This document shows positions 56,904 through 64,000 of a stretch of DNA of 64,000 nt, piece after piece. Below the pieces are notes generated by a model that saw nothing but the letters and a program-made list of their open reading frames with translations, did not search any database and was not told the origin of the DNA. Position 1 is the stretch's first letter; every line of letters begins with the position of its first letter. Origin of the DNA: Promethearchaeota archaeon (lineage in GTDB: Archaea; Asgardarchaeota; Lokiarchaeia; Sigyniarchaeales; SOKP01); the NCBI GenBank assembly GCA_048941285.1, contig JBHLNS010000005.1:66169-130168 (forward strand), written 5' to 3'. A program made the translations under genes and the position numbers.

Positions 56904-58016
56904 ATGAAACTTCAAAGAATTAAAAGCATTGACATTTTTCGTGGATTATGCATGGCTTGGATGGTCTTAAACCATTTAATCGATTGGTGGTTGTCAAGCG
57001 ATTTTACTTGGTTGCATAATCTTACTATAATGATTTTAGATCCAATTGGAGCATCTGGATTTTTATTTATATCTGGTGTAAGTATTTCTATGTCTTATAG
57101 GAGGAGACAGATTCAAGCAAAGAAATCGGAAGAAATGAATATGAGAGTAGTTAAGTATTCATATTTTTTTCGATCTCTTTTTATTTTCACTATAGCGTTA
57201 TTTTACAACATTCCTATTGCAATAGTTTTAAGCAATCCTTCTTATATATGGACTTGGTTTGTTCTATTAACAGCAGCAGTATCCATGTTTATAGTGTGGC
57301 CTCTTTTATATTGTACAAAAATTATTAGAAGCATTATTGGAATAATCATAATAATTGCTAATCAATACTTGTTGATTATCTTATTGCCTTATCAGGGTGA
57401 ATTCAGTATAAATGGAATTCTGTATCATATTTTTTATCATAATATTTTTCAAGATCCGATATTATCTTTTTTCCCATTTTTTTTATTAGGAACCGTTTTT
57501 GGGGATATTCTGTTTGATGCATATTTAAATAATAAATCTAAGAATAAAAAAGTAGATTTAAAGAATAGGCTCTTATTTCCTTCAATTATAACAGGGATTA
57601 TATTAATTAGTATTGGAATTCTAACTAAATTTCCTGAATTTTTGACTAGACAGAGTTTTTCATGGATTATATATTCCATAGGTTTAGATACTTTCTTGCT
57701 TTCAGTATTTTTATTTTTTGAAAAGTTTATAGTAAAACCACTAAAAAAAAGTTATAAGTTATTGTTTTATTATTCCTATTATTCTCTTACTGTTTATTTA
57801 AGCCATTATCTATTATATTTTATATTTTTAGAAAGCCTAAATCCCTATAATATTTGGTTTTTTATATTGGCCACATTCATCCTCTTAGGTTTATTACTCA
57901 GATTAATTTATAAAAAATTTCAAAGTAATGCATCTATAAAAATACAAATTAGTAGACTAAGTCTAAGAATTGCATTCAAAATTGAAGAAAGAAAGCAAAA
58001 AAAAGTAATACAATGA
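56904..58016 (+). CDS. HGSNAT/DUF1624-like membrane acyltransferase (tandem paralog)
   Basis: Same motifs as the upstream gene. Confidence 0.82.
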   Translation: MKLQRIKSIDIFRGLCMAWMVLNHLIDWWLSSDFTWLHNLTIMILDPIGASGFLFISGVSISMSYRRRQIQAKKSEEMNMRVVKYSYFFRSLFIFTIALFYNIPIAIVLSNPSYIWTWFVLLTAAVSMFIVWPLLYCTKIIRSIIGIIIIIANQYLLIILLPYQGEFSINGILYHIFYHNIFQDPILSFFPFFLLGTVFGDILFDAYLNNKSKNKKVDLKNRLLFPSIITGIILISIGILTKFPEFLTRQSFSWIIYSIGLDTFLLSVFLFFEKFIVKPLKKSYKLLFYYSYYSLTVYLSHYLLYFIFLESLNPYNIWFFILATFILLGLLLRLIYKKFQSNASIKIQISRLSLRIAFKIEERKQKKVIQ

Positions 58017-58795
58017 AAGAAAGAATAGATATTCTATTAGTAGAAAGAAAGTTAGCTGAAAGTAGAGTTAAAGCGCAATGGCTCATTAAGAATGGTTATG
58101 TTTTTGTTAATGAAAGAAAGATTATAAAACCGAGTAAAACAATTGATAAAACACTTGATATCAATCTAATAAAAGAATTCCCTTATGTCGGCAGGGGTGG
58201 GATTAAATTAGAAGCCGCAATAAAAGAATTTTCAATTTCAGTTAAGGGGAAGATTTGTGTTGATATTGGGGCATCTATAGGGGGATTTACAGATTGTTTA
58301 ATAAAACATGGAGCTTCAAAAGTGTATGCAATCGATACTGCTACTAATTTACTTCACCCTTCACTGATAAGCGAAGAAATGAAAGAAAAAGTAATTCCAA
58401 TGTTAGGTGTTGATGCTCGGAAATATATATCTCTTGAAAAAATAATTGACATCTGCACTATAGATGTAACCTTCACGTCATTGTCAGCAGTTTTACCAAA
58501 TGTTAAAAAATATCTAAAAAAAGATGGAGATATTATTGCATTGGTAAAACCCATTTTTGAAACCGAATTTCATAAAGTACCTAAGTTTGAAATAGTACAA
58601 GATAGAGCCCAACTTTTCGAAATTATTAATAAATTGATACAATGGAACAAAGAAAATCAAATTTTCACTTTTGGGATAATTAAATCACCAATATCATGCA
58701 AAGAAGGTTCTAAAGAATTTTTTATTCACTTAAAATTGAAAAAAAATAATTTAAATATAGATTACAATGAAATCATTTATGACATTTTAAGATAA
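58013..58795 (+). CDS. tlyA: TlyA-family rRNA methyltransferase
   Basis: S4 domain, YVGRGGIKL, DIGASIGGFTD, LVKP.FE. Confidence 0.9.
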   Translation: MKERIDILLVERKLAESRVKAQWLIKNGYVFVNERKIIKPSKTIDKTLDINLIKEFPYVGRGGIKLEAAIKEFSISVKGKICVDIGASIGGFTDCLIKHGASKVYAIDTATNLLHPSLISEEMKEKVIPMLGVDARKYISLEKIIDICTIDVTFTSLSAVLPNVKKYLKKDGDIIALVKPIFETEFHKVPKFEIVQDRAQLFEIINKLIQWNKENQIFTFGIIKSPISCKEGSKEFFIHLKLKKNNLNIDYNEIIYDILR

Positions 58796-58837
58796 ATTGT
58801 TTTAATTTAATAAGATACTAATTGCATAAAAATAACA

Positions 58838-60010
58838 TTATTTTTTTGGGTAATTATTGAATACCTTACCCCATTCTGTATGGTAGAATTCTTTAATTCT
58901 ACGTTTTCCAATAGTAGGATACCAAAACATATCATGATATATCATAGAAGCATAGGTTGGTCCTAGAAAGAAGAGTTCGCTTTTAAATAATGGATAGAGA
59001 AATTGCAAAGGTCCTTTCCGCACCATTTGGTCTCCCCAAATCACTATGCTGCGCTTAACCTTAAAATTCCAGTTTATTTGGGATATATCTTCGCCAATAA
59101 TTTCAATTTGATCAAAATCTCCACACCCTAAGCCTTCTTCATGAGCTAATTTTATCGCGGGTAATTTTAAAGGTTCAAATCCCATCATTTTAGCAACAAT
59201 TGCATCCACAGCAACTTGATCATATCCTGCTAAAATATAATTTTTAATGCGAGGGATCATTGTTCTTGGTCCAGCCCCATCACCACATACAGTTCCATCC
59301 ACAATTGCTAAAATATTAGGGTGAATTTGTTTTTGAATAATTAGTAAATCCACTAATACTTCAGACATATATTGATGTGAAAAATGTCTTCTTTTTGTTA
59401 AAAGCCCTCCAAAAGCATTTTTCATAGCACAGGTTATACCACCATGCTTCATTTCTCCTTCTGTTTTTTTTAATGAGCCGCCAATAGCTCCTGTATGCCC
59501 ATGGGTTTTCATGGTTGGGAGGTGTATTATGGGTTTTCCTACATAGAATTTTGGAATAAGAAATCCCTCTGGAAAAATTTTTGAATCTAAAACGTGTAAA
59601 GTTTTACTTTTTAGCTTTAAAAATTGAGATCTTAAAGATTCATACGGAACAAAGGGGATTCGAGTTAGAGGTACAAACCATACTCCATATTTCTTGAAAA
59701 TTGGACCCCATTTGTTCCCCTTTAAACCTTTTTCTATATTTGTAACTACAGTTCTATTTTCGGCAGTAAATAACTTTTTAGGATTATAACCATCTTCAAT
59801 CATAGTTTTTAAAATTCCTTCTAATTGCCAAGGAGGGCTAGAACAGGCTGGAAAGAATTTTGACCAACTAAGATTTAATTTAAGAATGATTTTTTGATTT
59901 TTTTTAAAATATTTTAGATATTCAGCCAAATGCATTAATTTTTGATAATCTTCAATTATAGTGTGAGGTTTAGTCTTGAGTATAAAAACTTGGGTATTTT
60001 TAGATATCAT
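58838..60010 (-). CDS. DUF362 domain protein
   Basis: LKLNLSW, LPTMKTH, AMKNAFGG, DQVAVDA. Confidence 0.85.
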   Translation of the reverse strand: MISKNTQVFILKTKPHTIIEDYQKLMHLAEYLKYFKKNQKIILKLNLSWSKFFPACSSPPWQLEGILKTMIEDGYNPKKLFTAENRTVVTNIEKGLKGNKWGPIFKKYGVWFVPLTRIPFVPYESLRSQFLKLKSKTLHVLDSKIFPEGFLIPKFYVGKPIIHLPTMKTHGHTGAIGGSLKKTEGEMKHGGITCAMKNAFGGLLTKRRHFSHQYMSEVLVDLLIIQKQIHPNILAIVDGTVCGDGAGPRTMIPRIKNYILAGYDQVAVDAIVAKMMGFEPLKLPAIKLAHEEGLGCGDFDQIEIIGEDISQINWNFKVKRSIVIWGDQMVRKGPLQFLYPLFKSELFFLGPTYASMIYHDMFWYPTIGKRRIKEFYHTEWGKVFNNYPKK

Positions 60011-60129
60011 TATATGGGAAAAATCATATTCGTTTAACTTAATTTCTAAAAATTAATAAATTAATTACTTTAGATAAAAAGATTGGTTTAAAAAAAATAG
60101 AATAGAAAAAATTTTAGTATAAAATATTT

Positions 60130-61389
60130 TTAGTCAGAGACAAATTCCATTCCTTTATAGGATTTTTCCTCTTTTTTAAATGGCAAGCACATCATATAAT
60201 GGGTTCCTCCAAGTGGAATTTTTGTTGGATTGTCAATACCACACCCTACGTGTTCACCTTTTTCTTGACATCTAGGGTGAAATGCACATCCCGCTGGTGG
60301 ATTAATAGGACTTGGCACATCCCCTTCAAGAATAATTCTATTCCGCCTTGAACTAGGATCAAAGGTGGGACGAGCTGACAACAATGCTTTAGAATATGGA
60401 TGTGTAGGATTATAAAAAACTTCATCAATAGTACCACCTTCAACAAATTTTCCTAAATACATAACTCGAATATCATCAGCAATGTGTTGTACTACACTTA
60501 AATCATGTGTTATAAAGAGATAAGATAGACCAAATTTTTGTTGTAATTCCTTTAACAAATTTAAAATCTGAGCTTGAACAGATACATCGAGAGCGGAAGT
60601 AGGTTCATCTAGTACAATAATTTCTGGATTACATGCTAAAGCTCTTGCTATAACTATTCTTTGCTTCTGTCCACCAGAAAATTCATGAGGGTATCTATCT
60701 AAATGTTCCGCTTTCATGGAAACCGTTTCTAGAAGCTCAAGAACACGTTGTCTAACTTGAGATTTTTTACCTATACCTTCTAAAATACGGAGGGGTTCAC
60801 CTATAATATTAACTATCCTCCAACGAGGATTTAAAGATGAATCTGGGTCTTGAAAAACCATTTGTACTTTCTTTCTAAAAAACTGGTTCAAGGTGAAATC
60901 CTTAAAGATTTCTCTTCCTCTTCGTATTGCTCTTTTATAAAGTTTCCTTGTCCATCGGGGTGTTCTAGCCATAAAGTTGTCAACTTTTCTTTTTCTCTGT
61001 TTGAATATGTTTGTTACACCTGCAAGATATAATCTTTGTACCTTTTTGATAAGGGTTTCCCATAATCCTCGAATTCTTCCTACATCAACTCGTCTATTTC
61101 CATAATATATTTCACCTTCAGTATTTGGAACAAGATTTAAGATTGTATTGCCAATTGTTGTTTTCCCGCAACCGCTTTCTCCTACCAAGCCTAGGGTTTT
61201 TCTTTTGTATAGTTTAAATGATACCCCATCAACAGCTTTGACTTCTCCAATTTTTCGTTTAAATAATCCTCCCACAATTGGGTAATATGTCTTAAGATTT
61301 TTTACCTCTAATATTGGTATTTCTTCTTTTTTGGATCTCCTACCGCTTCCTGTTTTAAAACTTTTAATTTCTTCTTCTCCAATTGTCAT
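60130..61389 (-). CDS. Oligopeptide ABC transporter ATP-binding protein (OppF/DppF)
   Basis: GESGCGKT, FSGGQKQR, DEPTSALD, C-terminal PAGCAFHPRC. Confidence 0.93.
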   Translation of the reverse strand: MTIGEEEIKSFKTGSGRRSKKEEIPILEVKNLKTYYPIVGGLFKRKIGEVKAVDGVSFKLYKRKTLGLVGESGCGKTTIGNTILNLVPNTEGEIYYGNRRVDVGRIRGLWETLIKKVQRLYLAGVTNIFKQRKRKVDNFMARTPRWTRKLYKRAIRRGREIFKDFTLNQFFRKKVQMVFQDPDSSLNPRWRIVNIIGEPLRILEGIGKKSQVRQRVLELLETVSMKAEHLDRYPHEFSGGQKQRIVIARALACNPEIIVLDEPTSALDVSVQAQILNLLKELQQKFGLSYLFITHDLSVVQHIADDIRVMYLGKFVEGGTIDEVFYNPTHPYSKALLSARPTFDPSSRRNRIILEGDVPSPINPPAGCAFHPRCQEKGEHVGCGIDNPTKIPLGGTHYMMCLPFKKEEKSYKGMEFVSD

Positions 61390-61421
61390 TTTTTATACAC
61401 ACCTTTAAAATTTTGATATTG

Positions 61422-62699
61422 TTATATTTTATAGGATTCATCCTCTATATGAGCCCAATCAAATTTTGGTGAATCTTTATATTTAGGATCGAAAAGATGA
61501 CAGGCAACATAATATTTATCTCCTATCTCCGTTAATATTGGCTTTATTTTATCACAAATTTCTAATCTATAATCGCATCTTGGATGAAATCTACATCCAG
61601 AGGGAGGATATATTAAATTAGGAACCATTCCTCGGATAGTTTCTAATTCTTGGTCTCTTTTTTCAATACTCGGAATAGCACCAATTAAGCCTTTTGTGTA
61701 TGGATGACGAGGATTTTTAAACAAATCTATAGCTGTAGCATATTCGACAATATTTCCACTGTACATAACCGCAATTCTGTCACATAATTCTGCTATTATC
61801 CCTAAATCATGAGTTATTAAAAGAATTGAAGTTTTAAACCTCACTTTTAAATCTTTCATTAAATCGAGAATTTGAGCCTGAATTGTAACATCCAATGCAG
61901 TTGTTGGTTCATCAGCAATTAATAATGCAGGATTGCACGAGAGTGCCATTGCAATCATTACTCTTTGCCTCATACCACCACTCAATTCATGTGGATATCT
62001 TTTTAAAATATCTTCCGCATCTGCAATTCCTACTTCTTTTATAATTCGACTTGCCTTTTGTAATGCAACATCCTTTATTGTTGGAATATGTGCTGTTCCT
62101 TTTTTAAATTCTACAATTTCTTTGTGAATTTGTTCTGTTTCTTCTTCTGACAGTGTTATTTCTTTATTATTTAGCTTATTTTTGAGTTCTGTTATTTTCT
62201 CTAAGTTCTTTTTCCTTTCTAAAATTTTTTTATCGAGGATTTGTTTCATTTCCTCTTTTTGATGTAGAAAGAATACTTCTGAGATTTGCTTGCCGACAGA
62301 CATAACGGGATTAAGTGAATTTAGTGGATCTTGAAAAATCATAGTAATTTCTTTTCCCCGAAAACTCCTCATATCTTTTTCAGTTAAATCTAAAAGATCT
62401 CTCATTTTAAATTTAACTGAACCCTCAAGTATTTTACCTGGTACTCTTACCAAGCGTAATATTGAAAGTGCTGTAACAGATTTGCCACAACCCGTTTCAC
62501 CAACAAGTCCAAGAGTTTCATCTTCATACATATCAAATGATACGCCATCAACGGCCTTAACTACACCTTCTTCAGTATAAAAATATGTTTTAAGATTTTT
62601 AATTTGAAGTAACGGCTTACTTCCTCCTTTTAAATCTTTCTGTCCAGAATCTACTTCTTGCATATAACTAAAAGTTTCGGTATCTTTTACTTGTTTCAT
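61422..62699 (-). CDS. Oligopeptide ABC transporter ATP-binding protein (OppD/DppD)
   Basis: GETGCGKS, LSGGMRQR, DEPTTALD. Confidence 0.93.
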   Translation of the reverse strand: MKQVKDTETFSYMQEVDSGQKDLKGGSKPLLQIKNLKTYFYTEEGVVKAVDGVSFDMYEDETLGLVGETGCGKSVTALSILRLVRVPGKILEGSVKFKMRDLLDLTEKDMRSFRGKEITMIFQDPLNSLNPVMSVGKQISEVFFLHQKEEMKQILDKKILERKKNLEKITELKNKLNNKEITLSEEETEQIHKEIVEFKKGTAHIPTIKDVALQKASRIIKEVGIADAEDILKRYPHELSGGMRQRVMIAMALSCNPALLIADEPTTALDVTIQAQILDLMKDLKVRFKTSILLITHDLGIIAELCDRIAVMYSGNIVEYATAIDLFKNPRHPYTKGLIGAIPSIEKRDQELETIRGMVPNLIYPPSGCRFHPRCDYRLEICDKIKPILTEIGDKYYVACHLFDPKYKDSPKFDWAHIEDESYKI

Positions 62700-62745
62700 T
62701 TTTCTTACTGTTAAAGTTAATTAATCTAATTTTAATTCAAAAGTT

Positions 62746-63756
62746 TCATAAGTTTTTTAATCTAGGGTCTAACGCATCTCTTAACCCATCACCGAGGAGC
62801 ATGAACCCTAATACTGTGATTAGGATCATAAACCCAGGCCACAATGATGCCCATGGTGCGGAATAGAGATTGGTTCGTGCAAAGTTGATGTCATTTCCCC
62901 ATTCTATCATGTTGGGGTCGCTAAAACCTAAATACGAGAGCGCTGCTAAACCTAAGACCCAGGAGCCAACGTCAAACGTAAATGAAATGATAATTGGTTG
63001 GATGACATTTGGTAGTATATGTCGAAACATTATTCTCCAATTTCCCGCACCAGACACCCTTGCTGCTTGAATATAAGGCAATTCTCGTGCTTGTAGGACA
63101 TTTCCTCTAATTAATCGTGAATAATATGGTATTCCTAAAATTCCCCATACAATCATGATATATTGAATTTGTTGTCCTACAATAGAAATCACTACTAAAG
63201 CAAGAATCAGTCCTGGAAAAGCTAGTAGAATATCACAAATTCTCATTAATAATGAATCAATCCATCCTCTATAATACGCTGCTATCACACCAATTGCTAT
63301 CCCACCAATAACACTCAACATTATTGCAGGTAAAGCAACAGATAATGAAGAAAATGCTCCAAATATTAACCTTGCTAACACATCTCTTCCTAATTCTGTT
63401 TGGCCTAGAGGATGAACCGGAGAAGGTTGGTTCCATGCACCAGGAAATATCCCTCTAGCATGTTCAAAGGTATATGGAGAAATCCAATGGCAGAACACTG
63501 CAAAAGAAATTACTGTAAATACGATTAATATTCCAGTGATGGTTAATACAGATTTAAACCTTCGAATGAATTTTCTCTTGCCTCGTACTCTTTCAAATTC
63601 GATTTCCCGTTGTGTTAAATCTTCTAATCTAGATCCAGGCAGTAAAAGAAATTTATAATTCTTAAATACCCATGAAATTACGTTTTTTGAAACTCTCTCT
63701 TCTTCCTTTACTTCTTCAGGTTCTAGTGCTAATTCCATTTCATAAGTTTTTTCCAT
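62746..63756 (-). CDS. Oligopeptide ABC transporter permease (OppC/DppC)
   Basis: HPLG...GRD, EAA-like loop, HILPN, GDGLRDALDP. Confidence 0.93.
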   Translation of the reverse strand: MEKTYEMELALEPEEVKEEERVSKNVISWVFKNYKFLLLPGSRLEDLTQREIEFERVRGKRKFIRRFKSVLTITGILIVFTVISFAVFCHWISPYTFEHARGIFPGAWNQPSPVHPLGQTELGRDVLARLIFGAFSSLSVALPAIMLSVIGGIAIGVIAAYYRGWIDSLLMRICDILLAFPGLILALVVISIVGQQIQYIMIVWGILGIPYYSRLIRGNVLQARELPYIQAARVSGAGNWRIMFRHILPNVIQPIIISFTFDVGSWVLGLAALSYLGFSDPNMIEWGNDINFARTNLYSAPWASLWPGFMILITVLGFMLLGDGLRDALDPRLKNL

Positions 63757-63793
63757 TTTTTTTTATCACATCAAAATTTTTTTTTATTAAATA

Positions 63794-64000
63794 TTAAAAT
63801 CTTATTCGTGGATCTAATATTCCATATAATAGATCTGTAATTAATGTAGCCATAACAAATATAATTGTTACTACAAACACTACTGCGTTGATTAACCAGT
63901 AATCTACAAGTCCAATTGCTTCAACGAGTAATGAGCCCATACCATTTAAGCCAAAAGTGGTTTCAGTAAGGACTGCCCCTGCTAATAACCCCGCTACATT
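63794..64000 (-). CDS. Oligopeptide ABC transporter permease (OppB/DppB), C-terminal part
   Basis: LLAGAVLTETTF...GMG...DLLYGILDPRIRF*. Confidence 0.9.
   Translation of the reverse strand, partial: NVAGLLAGAVLTETTFGLNGMGSLLVEAIGLVDYWLINAVVFVVTIIFVMATLITDLLYGILDPRIRF

Noticed and set aside
6468-63070. Many 60-120-aa ORFs antisense to or nested within clear genes in the ORF track
   Set aside because: Shadow ORFs of well-supported genes with no protein-like motifs
1-64000. CRISPR arrays, transposases, integrases, inteins, rRNA, EndA/RtcB genes
   Set aside because: None recognised in this window; the splicing enzymes would have to be encoded elsewhere

Overview
A very AT-rich archaeal window, most consistent with an Asgard archaeon (Lokiarchaeia-like). 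The assignment rests on archaeal ribosomal operons, SecY, the Sec machinery (tRNA-Sec, SepSecS, SelB) and several eukaryotic-signature-like proteins (Vps28, Yip1-like, roadblock, OST3/OSTC-like, RPC34/TFE-beta-like, DPM2-like). The main finding is short tRNA-type bulge-helix-bulge (BHB) introns inside protein-coding genes. The essential ribosomal gene rpl11 (6070-6600) carries a 36-nt insertion with two in-frame stops. A 56-aa zinc-ribbon gene (342-571) is split by introns of 29 and 30 nt around a 24-nt micro-exon. Cutting at the standard BHB positions restores an intact ORF in each case, and the ORF track misses both genes. Two tRNAs, Ser(GGA) and the rare Ile(UAU), each carry two introns of the same architecture, three of the four at non-canonical positions. 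Secondary findings are AUA/AUU start codons in ribosomal genes, a DtxR-like palindrome around a putative cobalamin-uptake pair, a structured rpl11 leader and a rearranged spc/secY region. All family assignments come from motif recognition by eye; no searches were run.
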